A stretch of 64,000 bases of DNA from Escherichia coli (lineage in GTDB: Bacteria > Pseudomonadota > Gammaproteobacteria > Enterobacterales > Enterobacteriaceae): the NCBI RefSeq assembly GCF_048403405.1, contig NZ_CP183129.1; one strand, 5' to 3'. The first letter of the stretch is position 1. Every line of letters starts with the position of its first letter. Under the pieces are notes generated by a model. That model was given only the letters and a program-made list of their open reading frames with translations, ran no database searches and was not told the origin of the DNA. The position numbers and the translations under genes are program-made. This document shows, in pieces, positions 1 to 10,866 of this stretch.

Positions 1-1862
1 GCTATAGTGATCCCAATCAGGTTGAATTCTATACTTCGGGCCGCACTTCCAATGAAGCTGCCTTTCTTTATCAGCTTTTTGCTCGTGAATACGGGAGCAA
101 TAACTTCCCCGACTGCTCCAACATGTGCCATGAACCGACCAGTGTGGGTTTGGCAGCGAGTATCGGTGTAGGTAAAGGGACCGTGTTGCTGGAAGACTTT
201 GAGAAATGCGATTTAGTCATTTGCATTGGGCATAACCCTGGTACAAACCACCCTCGCATGTTGACTTCGTTGCGCGCTTTAGTGAAACGAGGAGCGAAAA
301 TGATCGCCATCAATCCTCTACAGGAACGTGGCCTGGAGCGATTTACCGCACCGCAAAACCCGTTTGAAATGCTGACGAACTCTGAGACTCAGTTGGCCAG
401 TGCCTACTACAACGTGCGCATTGGTGGTGATATGGCGTTGCTCAAGGGGATGATGCGCCTGTTAATTGAGCGCGATGATGCTGCAAGCGCCGCAGGTCGG
501 CCCTCATTGCTGGATGACGAATTTATTCAAACGCATACCGTCGGCTTTGACGAGCTACGCCGTGACGTTCTCAATTCCGAGTGGAAAGATATCGAGCGTA
601 TTTCTGGACTAAGTCAGACTCAAATCGCCGAACTGGCTGATGCATATGCCGCTGCCGAACGCACCATTATCTGTTACGGAATGGGGATCACTCAGCACGA
701 ACATGGTACCCAGAATGTACAGCAACTGGTCAATCTGCTGTTGATGAAAGGTAACATTGGCAAGCCTGGTGCGGGTATCTGCCCACTACGAGGTCACTCT
801 AATGTACAGGGCGACCGAACCGTCGGTATCACCGAGAAACCGTCTGCAGAGTTTCTGGCTCGCCTGGGTGAGCGCTATGGTTTCACCCCACCTCATGCAC
901 CTGGACATGCTGCAATTGCCAGCATGCAAGCAATATGTACGGGGCAGGCTCGAGCATTGATCTGCATGGGGGGCAACTTTGCACTGGCAATGCCAGATCG
1001 GGAAGCGAGCGCTGTACCGTTAACACAATTAGATCTGACGGTACACGTAGCCACTAAGCTTAACCGCTCTCATCTGCTGACCGCACGGCATAGCTATATT
1101 CTGCCGGTTCTGGGACGCAGCGAGATTGACATGCAAAAAAGCGGTGCGCAGGCGGTAACCGTTGAGGATTCAATGTCGATGATTCATGCCTCGCGTGGCG
1201 TGTTAAAACCCGCCGGTGTAATGCTGAAATCAGAGTGTGCAGTGGTCGCGGGAATCGCGCAGGCAGCACTACCCCAGAGCGTGGTAGCCTGGGAGTATCT
1301 GGTGGAAGATTATGATCGCATTCGCAATGACATTGAAGCTGTGCTGCCAGAGTTCGCCGACTATAACCAGCGCATCCGTCATCCCGGTGGTTTTCACCTG
1401 ATAAATGCAGCTGCTGAAAGGCGCTGGATGACGCCGTCAGGTAAGGCTAATTTCATTACCAGTAAAGGGCTGTTAGAAGATCCCTCTTCAGCGTTTAACA
1501 GTAAGCTAGTCATGGCGACAGTACGCAGTCACGATCAGTACAACACGACGATTTATGGTATGGATGATCGCTATCGAGGGGTATTCGGTCAACGAGATGT
1601 GGTCTTTATGAGTGCTAAACAAGCTAAAATTTGCCGTGTAAAAAACGGCGAAAGAGTTAATCTTATTGCGCTTACGCCAGACGGTAAGCGAAGCTCACGC
1701 CGCATGGATAGATTAAAAGTGGTCATTTACCCTATGGCTGACCGCTCACTGGTGACCTATTTTCCAGAATCGAATCACATGCTAACACTTGATAACCACG
1801 ATCCATTAAGTGGCATTCCTGGCTATAAAAGTATTCCGGTTGAATTAGAACCATCAAATTAA
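1..1862 (+). CDS. ydeP: Molybdopterin oxidoreductase YdeP (acid-resistance protein), 5'-partial; reading frame is open from window start
   Basis: Frame open from nt 3 to stop at 1862; 579-aa ORF-track product resembles formate-dehydrogenase-like molybdopterin oxidoreductases; position upstream of safA-ydeO matches E. coli. Confidence 0.85.
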   Translation, partial: YSDPNQVEFYTSGRTSNEAAFLYQLFAREYGSNNFPDCSNMCHEPTSVGLAASIGVGKGTVLLEDFEKCDLVICIGHNPGTNHPRMLTSLRALVKRGAKMIAINPLQERGLERFTAPQNPFEMLTNSETQLASAYYNVRIGGDMALLKGMMRLLIERDDAASAAGRPSLLDDEFIQTHTVGFDELRRDVLNSEWKDIERISGLSQTQIAELADAYAAAERTIICYGMGITQHEHGTQNVQQLVNLLLMKGNIGKPGAGICPLRGHSNVQGDRTVGITEKPSAEFLARLGERYGFTPPHAPGHAAIASMQAICTGQARALICMGGNFALAMPDREASAVPLTQLDLTVHVATKLNRSHLLTARHSYILPVLGRSEIDMQKSGAQAVTVEDSMSMIHASRGVLKPAGVMLKSECAVVAGIAQAALPQSVVAWEYLVEDYDRIRNDIEAVLPEFADYNQRIRHPGGFHLINAAAERRWMTPSGKANFITSKGLLEDPSSAFNSKLVMATVRSHDQYNTTIYGMDDRYRGVFGQRDVVFMSAKQAKICRVKNGERVNLIALTPDGKRSSRRMDRLKVVIYPMADRSLVTYFPESNHMLTLDNHDPLSGIPGYKSIPVELEPSN

Positions 1863-1875
1863 TTCGCCTCCTCAT

Positions 1876-1906
1876 TTCTTCTGCTGTCATCCGCACAGCA
1901 GAAGAA
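1876..1906 (+). terminator. Hairpin downstream of ydeP (12-bp perfect stem ttcttctgctgt/acagcagaagaa, 7-nt loop)
   Basis: Perfect inverted repeat read directly; followed by a T-containing tract. Confidence 0.5.
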
Positions 1907-1980
1907 TTCCTCATTGACCATTGTCGCGCAATTTACTCACATGTGCTAAATTAAACTGCTCGTTATAAGATATATACCTC

Positions 1981-1998
1981 CGCCTACAGCTGTAAGAA
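1981..1998 (+). promoter_or_regulatory. Candidate EvgA box (cgCCTACA-gc-TGTAAGAA) upstream of safA-ydeO
   Basis: Inverted repeat resembling the EvgA consensus as I recall it (TTCYTACA-N2-TGTARGAA); located about 110 bp upstream of safA. Confidence 0.45.
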
Positions 1999-2109
1999 AC
2001 TCCGCTCAGTACTGAAGCGCCAGTCCTATTTCCTCTATTCTCCAGCCTGTTATATTAAGCATACTGATTAACGATGCTTAACGTCATTCGTTTAATAAAC
2101 ACATTTGAA

Positions 2110-2307
2110 ATGCATGCGACCATAGTGAAAAATAAAATCACGCAAAGAGACAACTATAAAGGGATCATGTCTGTAATTGTGGTTGTCTTATTACTGACCC
2201 TTACATTGATAGCCATTTTTTCGGCAATTGATCAGCTGGGTATTTCAGAAATGGGTCGCATTGCAAGGGATCTTACACACTTCATTATCAATAGTTTGCA
2301 AGACTGA
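2110..2307 (+). CDS. safA: SafA, small membrane connector protein (65 aa)
   Basis: Internal Met of ORF 2074..2307 gives the 65-aa product MHATIVKNKITQRDNYKG... with one hydrophobic helix; sits immediately upstream of ydeO. Confidence 0.8.
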   Translation: MHATIVKNKITQRDNYKGIMSVIVVVLLLTLTLIAIFSAIDQLGISEMGRIARDLTHFIINSLQD

Positions 2308-2381
2308 AAATAAACAGCAAATTATAAATATGAAATGTTAAAAAAGTATCGATAAAAACTTTATTGTTTTAAGGAGATAAA

Positions 2382-3143
2382 ATGTCGCTCGTTTGTTCTG
2401 TTATATTTATTCATCATGCCTTCAACGCTAACATTTTAGATAAAGATTACGCCTTCTCTGACGGCGAGATCCTGATGGTAGATAACGCTGTTCGTACGCA
2501 TTTTGAACCTTATGAGCGGCATTTCAAAGAAATCGGATTTAATGAAAATACCATTAAAAAATATCTACAATGCACTAACATCCAGACAGTGACGGTGCCT
2601 GTTCCTGCGAAGTTTTTACGTGCTTCAAATGTACCGACTGGATTGCTTAATGAAATGATTGCTTATCTCAACTCGGAAGAACGCAATCATCATAATTTTT
2701 CGGAACTTTTGCTTTTTTCTTGCCTATCTATTTTTGCCGCATGCAAAGGTTTCATTACACTATTAACTAACGGTGTGCTATCCGTTTCTGGGAAAGTGAG
2801 AAATATTGTCAACATGAAGCTGGCGCACCCATGGAAGCTGAAAGATATTTGTGACTGCCTGTACATCAGTGAAAGCCTGTTGAAGAAAAAACTTAAGCAA
2901 GAGCAAACGACATTCTCACAGATTCTTTTAGATGCCAGAATGCAGCACGCAAAAAATTTGATACGAGTAGAAGGTTCAGTTAATAAAATTGCCGAACAAT
3001 GTGGTTATGCCAGTACATCTTATTTTATTTATGCGTTCCGCAAACATTTCGGCAACAGTCCGAAGAGAGTTTCTAAGGAGTACCGTTGTCAAAGGCACAC
3101 GGGAATAAATACGGGCAACACGATGAATGCTTTAGCTATTTGA
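2382..3143 (+). CDS. ydeO: AraC-family acid-resistance transcriptional regulator YdeO
   Basis: 253-aa ORF with C-terminal AraC-type HTH (…YASTSYFIYAFRKHFGNSP…); synteny with safA. Confidence 0.9.
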   Translation: MSLVCSVIFIHHAFNANILDKDYAFSDGEILMVDNAVRTHFEPYERHFKEIGFNENTIKKYLQCTNIQTVTVPVPAKFLRASNVPTGLLNEMIAYLNSEERNHHNFSELLLFSCLSIFAACKGFITLLTNGVLSVSGKVRNIVNMKLAHPWKLKDICDCLYISESLLKKKLKQEQTTFSQILLDARMQHAKNLIRVEGSVNKIAEQCGYASTSYFIYAFRKHFGNSPKRVSKEYRCQRHTGINTGNTMNALAI

Positions 3144-3191
3144 TTATTTGCTAACGAGTAGTCAACCACACACGCTACGTAAGAATTAAAT

Positions 3192-3223
3192 GGGGCAGCC
3201 ATTTCCTGCCCCGCGTTGTTTTT
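3192..3223 (+). terminator. Rho-independent terminator after ydeO (ggggcag/ctgcccc stem followed by T-run)
   Basis: Hairpin and ttgttttt tract read directly. Confidence 0.6.
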
Positions 3224-3544
3224 AGGCGATATATTTATTGAAATAAATAAGTGACATTCATCACATATTTATGCATTTGCATAACCTGTTGCATGATTAT
3301 TTATGATCTCAATTCGGCATTTTATCAGTAAAATACAATAATTTATTAAATATCAATAGATTAGTTGTTTATCTGCGAGAAATTACTTAGTAGAATAGAA
3401 AGTAATGTCAACAGTTTATGGACTGTTATTTCTCTTTTTTTAGCTAAATCTGCTATCTCTTTATGTGACTAACTTCACTTACATCCACTTATTTCTCTTC
3501 GTAAAATTACTTTGGAATTAAGTACAATAAGAAGAGGAACATTT

Positions 3545-5227
3545 ATGAAGTCTGCATTAAAGAAAAGTGTCGTAAGTACCTCGATATCTTTGATACTGGC
3601 ATCTGGTATGGCTGCATTTGCTGCTCATGCGGCAGATGATGTAAAGCTGAAAGCAACCAAAACAAACGTCGCTTTCTCAGACTTTACGCCGACTGAATAC
3701 AGTACCAAAGGAAAGCCAAATATTATCGTACTGACCATGGATGATCTTGGTTATGGACAACTTCCTTTTGATAAGGGATCTTTTGACCCAAAAACTATGG
3801 AAAATCGTGAAGTTGTCGATACCTACAAAATAGGGATAGATAAAGCCATTGAAGCTGCGCAAAAATCAACGCCGACGCTCCTTTCATTAATGGATGAAGG
3901 CGTACGTTTTACTAACGGCTATGTGGCGCACGGTGTTTCCGGCCCCTCCCGTGCCGCAATAATGACCGGTCGAGCGCCCGCCCGCTTTGGTGTCTATTCC
4001 AATACCGATGCTCAGGATGGTATTCCGCTAACAGAAACTTTCCTGCCTGAATTATTCCAGAATCATGGTTATTACACTGCAGCAGTAGGTAAATGGCACT
4101 TGTCAAAAATCAGTAATGTGCCGGTACCGGAAGATAAACAAACGCGTGACTATCATGACAACTTCACCACATTTTCTGCGGAAGAATGGCAACCGCAAAA
4201 CCGTGGCTTTGATTACTTTATGGGATTCCACGCTGCAGGAACGGCATATTACAACTCCCCTTCACTGTTCAAAAACCGTGAACGCGTCCCCGCAAAAGGT
4301 TATATCAGCGATCAGTTAACCGATGAGGCAATTGGCGTTGTTGATCGTGCCAAAACACTTGACCAGCCTTTTATGCTTTACCTGGCTTATAATGCTCCGC
4401 ACCTGCCAAATGATAATCCTGCACCGGAGCAATATCAGAAGCAATTTAATACCGGTAGTCAAACAGCAGATAACTACTACGCTTCCGTTTATTCTGTTGA
4501 TCAGGGTGTAAAACGCATTCTCGAACAACTGAAGAAAAACGGACAGTATGACAATACTATTATTCTCTTTACCTCCGATAATGGTGCGGTTATCGATGGT
4601 CCTCTGCCGCTGAACGGGGCGCAAAAAGGCTATAAGAGTCAGACTTATCCTGGCGGTACTCACACCCCAATGTTTATGTGGTGGAAAGGAAAACTTCAAC
4701 CCGGTAATTATGACAAGCTGATTTCCGCAATGGATTTCTACCCGACAGCTCTTGATGCAGCCGATATCAGCATTCCAAAAGACCTTAAGCTGGATGGCGT
4801 TTCCTTGCTGCCGTGGTTGCAAGATAAGAAACAAGGCGAGCCACATAAAAATCTGACCTGGATAACCTCTTATTCTCACTGGTTTGACGAGGAAAATATT
4901 CCATTCTGGGATAATTACCACAAATTTGTCCGCCATCAGTCAGACGATTACCCGCATAACCCCAACACCGAGGACTTAAGCCAATTCTCTTATACGGTGA
5001 GAAATAACGATTATTCGCTTGTCTATACAGTAGAAAACAATCAGTTAGGTCTCTACAAACTGACGGATCTACAGCAAAAAGATAACCTTGCCGCCGCCAA
5101 TCCGCAGGTCGTTAAAGAGATGCAAGGCGTGGTAAGAGAGTTTATCGACAGCAGCCAGCCACCGCTTAGCGAAGTAAATCAGGAGAAGTTTAACAATATC
5201 AAGAAAGCACTAAGCGAAGCGAAATAA
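3545..5227 (+). CDS. ydeN: Periplasmic sulfatase YdeN (Ser/Cys-type sulfatase, signal peptide)
   Basis: 560 aa from the MKSALKK start; N-terminal signal peptide; sulfatase motifs (…VSGPSRAAIMTGR…); preceded by aagaggaa RBS. Confidence 0.9.
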   Translation: MKSALKKSVVSTSISLILASGMAAFAAHAADDVKLKATKTNVAFSDFTPTEYSTKGKPNIIVLTMDDLGYGQLPFDKGSFDPKTMENREVVDTYKIGIDKAIEAAQKSTPTLLSLMDEGVRFTNGYVAHGVSGPSRAAIMTGRAPARFGVYSNTDAQDGIPLTETFLPELFQNHGYYTAAVGKWHLSKISNVPVPEDKQTRDYHDNFTTFSAEEWQPQNRGFDYFMGFHAAGTAYYNSPSLFKNRERVPAKGYISDQLTDEAIGVVDRAKTLDQPFMLYLAYNAPHLPNDNPAPEQYQKQFNTGSQTADNYYASVYSVDQGVKRILEQLKKNGQYDNTIILFTSDNGAVIDGPLPLNGAQKGYKSQTYPGGTHTPMFMWWKGKLQPGNYDKLISAMDFYPTALDAADISIPKDLKLDGVSLLPWLQDKKQGEPHKNLTWITSYSHWFDEENIPFWDNYHKFVRHQSDDYPHNPNTEDLSQFSYTVRNNDYSLVYTVENNQLGLYKLTDLQQKDNLAAANPQVVKEMQGVVREFIDSSQPPLSEVNQEKFNNIKKALSEAK

Positions 5228-5239
5228 CTAAACCTTCAT

Positions 5240-5265
5240 GCGGCGGAATTTTCCGCCGCCTTATT
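5240..5265 (+). terminator. Hairpin between ydeN and ydeM (gcggcgga/tccgccgc stem)
   Basis: Perfect 8-bp stem with 4-nt loop followed by cttatt; lies in the 51-bp gap before ydeM. Confidence 0.45.
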
Positions 5266-5278
5266 GAGCGAGATAGCG

Positions 5279-6436
5279 ATGCACGTTACAGCCAAGCCCT
5301 CCAGTTTTCAATGTAATCTCAAATGTGATTACTGTTTTTACCTTGAAAAAGAGTCGCAGTTTACTCATGAAAAATGGATGGATGACAGCACTCTGAAAGA
5401 GTTCATCAAACAATATATCGCAGCGTCTGGCAATCAGGTCTATTTTACCTGGCAAGGCGGTGACCCCACTCTGGCTGGCCTGGATTTTTTCCGTAAAGTT
5501 ATTCACTATCAACAACGCTATGCAGGCCAAAAACGTATTTTTAATGCATTACAAACGAATGGCATTTTATTGAGTAATGAATGGTGTGCCTTTCTCAAAG
5601 AACATGAGTTTCTGGTTGGTATCTCGATCGATGGATCCCAGGAGCTACATGACCGTTACAGACGCAGTAATTCTGGTAACGGTACTTTTGCAAAAGTGAT
5701 AGCAGCCATCGAGCGTCTGAAATCATATCAAGTAGAGTTTAATACGTTAACCGTCATTAATAACGTCAATGTCCATTACCCTCTTGAGGTTTATCATTTT
5801 TTAAAATCTATCGGCAGTAAACATATGCAATTTATCGAATTGCTAGAAACCGGGACGCCGAATATTGATTTCAGTGGTCATAGTGAGAACACATTCCGTA
5901 TCATTGATTTTTCTGTGCCTCCTACGGCTTATGGCAAGTTTATGTCGACCATTTTTATGCAATGGGTTAAAAACGATGTGGGTGAAATTTTCATCCGTCA
6001 GTTTGAAAGCTTTGTCAGCCGTTTTTTGGGGAATGGGCATACCAGTTGTATTTTCCAGGAGTCCTGCAAGGATAATCTGGTTGTTGAAAGTAATGGAGAC
6101 ATTTACGAATGCGACCATTTTGTCTATCCACAGTACAAAATTGGAAACATTAATAAATCTGAACTTAAAACGATGAACAGTGTACAACTGACAGCGCAAA
6201 AAAAACGGATTTCAGCGAAATGTCAGCAATGTGCATATAAACCTATCTGCAATGGCGGTTGCCCTAAGCATCGTATTACTAAAGTAAACAATGAGACTGT
6301 TTCCTATTTTTGCGAAGGTTATAAAATCCTTTTTTCAACCATGGTACCTTATATGAACGCCATGGTGGAGTTAGCCAAGAACAGAGTACCGCTTTACCAC
6401 ATTATGGATGTTGCAAAACAAATGGAGAATAATTAA
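5279..6436 (+). CDS. ydeM: Anaerobic sulfatase-maturating enzyme homolog YdeM (radical SAM, SPASM domain)
   Basis: 385 aa from MHVTAK; CxxxCxxC-type radical-SAM cysteine cluster ([10 protein letters not shown]) and C-terminal Cys-rich SPASM region; adjacent to sulfatase ydeN. Confidence 0.88.
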   Translation: MHVTAKPSSFQCNLKCDYCFYLEKESQFTHEKWMDDSTLKEFIKQYIAASGNQVYFTWQGGDPTLAGLDFFRKVIHYQQRYAGQKRIFNALQTNGILLSNEWCAFLKEHEFLVGISIDGSQELHDRYRRSNSGNGTFAKVIAAIERLKSYQVEFNTLTVINNVNVHYPLEVYHFLKSIGSKHMQFIELLETGTPNIDFSGHSENTFRIIDFSVPPTAYGKFMSTIFMQWVKNDVGEIFIRQFESFVSRFLGNGHTSCIFQESCKDNLVVESNGDIYECDHFVYPQYKIGNINKSELKTMNSVQLTAQKKRISAKCQQCAYKPICNGGCPKHRITKVNNETVSYFCEGYKILFSTMVPYMNAMVELAKNRVPLYHIMDVAKQMENN

Positions 6437-6726
6437 TAACGCTCCTTCTTTGCTCCAGTCTTAGCCTCCGTCTTATGACCTTAACAAAGCACCCGACATA
6501 AATTCCTGTTGGGTGTTTCGTCATAATCATCTTCCCTTGCGAAAATTCTGGCTTACGTGGCATGCGTCAGGGCATTAGCAATACCCTTGATTATCAATAG
6601 CATAACCGTAACCATTGAAAATAAATAATTTCTTTATATTTCAAAATGTTAAATGACACTTAAATAAATTTCATCAGTAAATCATTGCCATAGATAATCA
6701 TTGGATGGCACAATCAATTTTCGCTA

Positions 6727-8412
6727 ATGATAACCATTCCCATTACGTTTCGTATGTTGATAGCAAAGTATCTCTGTCTGCTGAAGCCCTTTTGGCTGCG
6801 TAAGAATAATAAAACTTCAGTGCTGTTAATCATTATTATCCTCGCCATGATCCTTGGCGTGGTTAAAATTCAGGTCTGGTTAAACGACTGGAATAATGAT
6901 TTTTTCAATGCGCTAAGCCAGAAAGAAACCAATAAGCTTTGGCAGCTTGTCCTTTGGTTCCCTGCCCTGCTGGGGATCTTTGTATTAATATCCGTAAACA
7001 AAACATGGTTAATTAAACTGCTGACTATTCGCTGGCGCGAATGGTTAACAGATTACTACCTTAATCGGTGGTTTGCAGATAAAAACTACTACTTCACGCA
7101 GATCTACGGCGAGCATAAAAATACAGATAACCCTGACCAACGTATCGCTGAAGACATTCTCTTACTGATCAGCAAAACGCTCAGTCTTTCATTTGGCTTC
7201 ATCCAGTCACTTAGCATGCTGATCACCTTTACCGTTATTCTTTGGCAAAGCGCGGGTACGCTCTCATTCACTGTTGGTGGAACAGAATGGAATATCCAGG
7301 GGTATATGGTCTATACCGTTGTGCTCATTGTGATCGGTGGAACTTTATTTACTCATAAGGTTGGTAAACGTATTCGTCCGCTTAATGTGGAAAAGCAACG
7401 TAGCGAAGCGACATTTCGAACTAATCTTGTGCAGCATAATAAGCAGGCTGAACTGATTGCGCTAAGCAATGCTGAGTCTCTACAACGCCAGGAGTTGAGC
7501 GACAATTTTCATACCATTAAAGAGAACTGGCATCGTTTAATGAATCGTCAGCGCTGGCTTGATTACTGGCAGAATATTTATTCGCGCTCGCTTAGCGTTC
7601 TTCCCTACTTTCTGTTATTGCCACAGTTTATTAGCGGACAGATCAATCTGGGCGGACTGATGAAATCGCGCCAGGCATTTATGCTGGTATCGAACAATTT
7701 AAGCTGGTTTATTTATAAATATGACGAACTTGCTGAACTGGCTGCGGTTATCGATCGTTTGTATGAGTTCCATCAACTCACCGAACAGCGCCCTACGAAT
7801 AAGCCTAAAAATTGCCAACATGCGGTACAAGTGGCTGACGCGAGTATTCGTACTCCTGATAATAAGATCATATTAGAGAACCTGAACTTTCATGTTTCGC
7901 CAGGCAAATGGCTATTACTGAAAGGTTACTCTGGTGCGGGAAAAACCACACTGCTTAAAACATTATCCCACTGCTGGCCGTGGTTCAAAGGTGATATTTC
8001 TTCTCCTGCTGACAGTTGGTATGTGTCACAAACACCGTTAATCAAAACCGGCTTACTGAAAGAGATTATTTGTAAAGCACTTCCCCTGCCCGTAGACGAT
8101 AAATCGTTGAGCGAAATACTGCATCAGGTTGGTCTGGGGAAATTGGCTGCGCGTATTCATGACCACGATCGCTGGGGAGATATTCTTTCCAGCGGCGAAA
8201 AACAACGTATCGCCCTGGCACGATTAATTTTACGACGTCCGAAATGGATATTTCTTGACGAAACTACCTCTCATCTTGAGGAACAAGAGGCTATCCGCTT
8301 ACTGCGTTTAGTGCGTGAAAAACTACCCACAAGCGGCGTCATTATGGTTACACATCAACCCGGTGTCTGGAACCTGGCTGATGATATTTGTGACATTAGC
8401 GCGGTTTTATAA
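6727..8412 (+). CDS. yddA: ABC transporter YddA (fused permease/ATPase)
   Basis: 561 aa; N-terminal TM region and C-terminal ATPase with Walker A (GYSGAGKTT) and ABC signature (LSSGEKQR). Confidence 0.9.
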   Translation: MITIPITFRMLIAKYLCLLKPFWLRKNNKTSVLLIIIILAMILGVVKIQVWLNDWNNDFFNALSQKETNKLWQLVLWFPALLGIFVLISVNKTWLIKLLTIRWREWLTDYYLNRWFADKNYYFTQIYGEHKNTDNPDQRIAEDILLLISKTLSLSFGFIQSLSMLITFTVILWQSAGTLSFTVGGTEWNIQGYMVYTVVLIVIGGTLFTHKVGKRIRPLNVEKQRSEATFRTNLVQHNKQAELIALSNAESLQRQELSDNFHTIKENWHRLMNRQRWLDYWQNIYSRSLSVLPYFLLLPQFISGQINLGGLMKSRQAFMLVSNNLSWFIYKYDELAELAAVIDRLYEFHQLTEQRPTNKPKNCQHAVQVADASIRTPDNKIILENLNFHVSPGKWLLLKGYSGAGKTTLLKTLSHCWPWFKGDISSPADSWYVSQTPLIKTGLLKEIICKALPLPVDDKSLSEILHQVGLGKLAARIHDHDRWGDILSSGEKQRIALARLILRRPKWIFLDETTSHLEEQEAIRLLRLVREKLPTSGVIMVTHQPGVWNLADDICDISAVL

Positions 8413-8449
8413 AAACAATAAAAGCCCTGCTGTACGGAGATAAAAATAA

Positions 8450-10822
8450 ATGAAGCGAGTTCTTATTCCTGGCGTCATTTTATGTGGCGCTGATGTGGCG
8501 CAGGCCGTCGATGACAAAAACATGTACATGCATGTTTTTGAAGAGATGACGGTCTATGCTCCTGTCCCTGTACCCGTAAACGGCAACACGCATTACACCA
8601 GTGAAAGCATCGAGCGTTTACCGACCGGGAATGGCAATATCAGCGATCTGCTGAGAACCAACCCTGCGGTACGCATGGATTCAACGCAAAGTACCTCATT
8701 GAACCAGGGAGATATTCGCCCTGAGAAAATCTCTATTCACGGTGCGTCGCCCTACCAGAATGCCTATTTGATTGACGGTATTAGTGCAACTAATAACCTG
8801 AACCCAGCGAATGAGTCCGATGCCAGTAGTGCAACCAATATTAGCGGGATGTCACAGGGGTATTATCTTGATGTCAGCTTACTGGACAATGTGACGCTTT
8901 ATGACAGTTTTGTGCCGGTTGAATTTGGTCGCTTCAATGGCGGGGTAATTGATGCAAAGATCAAACGCTTCAACGCTGATGATAGCAGCGTGAAACTGGG
9001 TTACCGCACTACGCGTTCGGACTGGTTAACATCGCATATCGATGAGAATAACAAGAGCGCATTTAATCAAGGCTCTTCAGGAAGTACTTATTACTCCCCA
9101 GATTTTAAAAAGAACTTTTATACTTTGTCATTTAATCAGGAACTCGCTGATAACTTCGGCGTTACCGCCGGTTTATCGCGCCGCCAGTCTGATATCACCC
9201 GCGCGGATTATGTTTCGAATGACGGCATTGTCGCCGGTCGGGCACAGTATAAAAACGTTATCGATACCGCAGTGAGCAAATTTACCTGGTTTGCCAGTGA
9301 CCGCTTTACCCACGATTTAACCTTAAAATATACCGGCTCCAGCCGTGATTATAATACCAGCACCTTCCCGGAGTCTGATCGCGAAATGGGTAATAAATCC
9401 TATGGTCTGGCATGGGATATGGATACGCAGCTCGCATGGGCCAAACTGCGTACTACCGTTGGTTGGGATCATATTAGTGATTATACCCGTCACGATCATG
9501 ACATATGGTACACCGAACTTTCATGTACATATGGTGATATTTCAGGGCGTTGCACCCGTGGCGGATTAGGACACATTTCCCAGGCTGTAGATAATTACAC
9601 CTTCAAAACACGCCTGGACTGGCAAAAATACGCCGTGGGTAATGTTTCGCATCAACCCTACTTCGGCGCGGAATACATCTATTCCGATGCATGGACTGAA
9701 CGCCATAACCAGTCTGAATCCTATGTGATTAATGCTGCCGGAAAGAAAACTAACCATACCATTTACCATAAAGGTAAAGGCAGCCTGGGAATTGACAACT
9801 ACACGCTGTATATGGCGGATCGCATTAGCTGGCGGAATGTGTCGTTAATGCCCGGTGTGCGGTATGACTATGACAACTATCTGTCAAACCACAATATCTC
9901 CCCGCGATTTATGACGGAATGGGATATTTTTGCTGATCAAACCTCAATGATTACCGCAGGTTATAACCGTTACTATGGCGGGAATATTCTTGATATGGGA
10001 TTACGTGATATCCGCAATAGCTGGACGGAATCGGTATCAGGCAATAAAACCCTGACGCGTTATCAGGATTTGAAAACGCCTTATAACGATGAACTGGCAA
10101 TGGGGTTGCAGCAGAAAATCGGTAAGAACGTTATTGCGCGTGCAAACTATGTTTATCGTGAAGCGCATGATCAAATCAGTAAAAGCAGTCGTACCGACAG
10201 CGCGACTAAAACCACCATTACTGAATATAACAACGACGGCAAAACCAAAACGCATTCGTTCAACCTCAGTTTTGAACTGGCCGAACCCCTGCATATCAGC
10301 CAAGTAGATATTAACCCGCAAATTGTCTTTAGCTATATCAAGAGCAAGGGCAACTTGTCGTTAAACAATGGTTATGAGGAGAGCAATACCGGTGATAACC
10401 GGGTGGTTTATAACGGTAATCTGGTCTCTTACGATAGCGTTCCAGTGGCGGATTTTAATAATCCACTAAAGATCTCCTTAAACATGGATTTCACGCATCA
10501 ACCGAGCGGGTTGGTGTGGGCGAATACGCTGACCTGGCAAGAAGCGCGTAAAGCTCGCATTATCCTGGGTAAGACGAATGCGCAATACATCAGCGAATAT
10601 TCAGATTACAAGCAGTATGTTGACGAGAAACTGGATAGCAGCCTGACCTGGGACACCCGCTTGTCCTGGACGCCACAATTTCTGAAACAACAAAACCTGA
10701 CGATCAGTGCCGATATTCTCAATGTACTGGATAGCAAAACCGCTGTTGATACAACGAATACCGGCGTGGCGACCTACGCCAGTGGCCGTACTTTCTGGCT
10801 TGATGTCAGCATGAAATTTTAA
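8450..10822 (+). CDS. yddB: TonB-dependent outer-membrane receptor YddB
   Basis: 790 aa; beta-barrel-type composition ending in the terminal aromatic residue (…WLDVSMKF); synteny with yddA and pqqL. Confidence 0.88.
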   Translation: MKRVLIPGVILCGADVAQAVDDKNMYMHVFEEMTVYAPVPVPVNGNTHYTSESIERLPTGNGNISDLLRTNPAVRMDSTQSTSLNQGDIRPEKISIHGASPYQNAYLIDGISATNNLNPANESDASSATNISGMSQGYYLDVSLLDNVTLYDSFVPVEFGRFNGGVIDAKIKRFNADDSSVKLGYRTTRSDWLTSHIDENNKSAFNQGSSGSTYYSPDFKKNFYTLSFNQELADNFGVTAGLSRRQSDITRADYVSNDGIVAGRAQYKNVIDTAVSKFTWFASDRFTHDLTLKYTGSSRDYNTSTFPESDREMGNKSYGLAWDMDTQLAWAKLRTTVGWDHISDYTRHDHDIWYTELSCTYGDISGRCTRGGLGHISQAVDNYTFKTRLDWQKYAVGNVSHQPYFGAEYIYSDAWTERHNQSESYVINAAGKKTNHTIYHKGKGSLGIDNYTLYMADRISWRNVSLMPGVRYDYDNYLSNHNISPRFMTEWDIFADQTSMITAGYNRYYGGNILDMGLRDIRNSWTESVSGNKTLTRYQDLKTPYNDELAMGLQQKIGKNVIARANYVYREAHDQISKSSRTDSATKTTITEYNNDGKTKTHSFNLSFELAEPLHISQVDINPQIVFSYIKSKGNLSLNNGYEESNTGDNRVVYNGNLVSYDSVPVADFNNPLKISLNMDFTHQPSGLVWANTLTWQEARKARIILGKTNAQYISEYSDYKQYVDEKLDSSLTWDTRLSWTPQFLKQQNLTISADILNVLDSKTAVDTTNTGVATYASGRTFWLDVSMKF

Positions 10823-10866
10823 TAGTTCGGATTTTACTTTACCGGGTAAATTCGCCCGGTTTTCGC

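Noticed and set aside
4316-4936. 206-aa minus-strand ORF inside ydeN
   Set aside because: Antisense to the sulfatase gene; no independent support.
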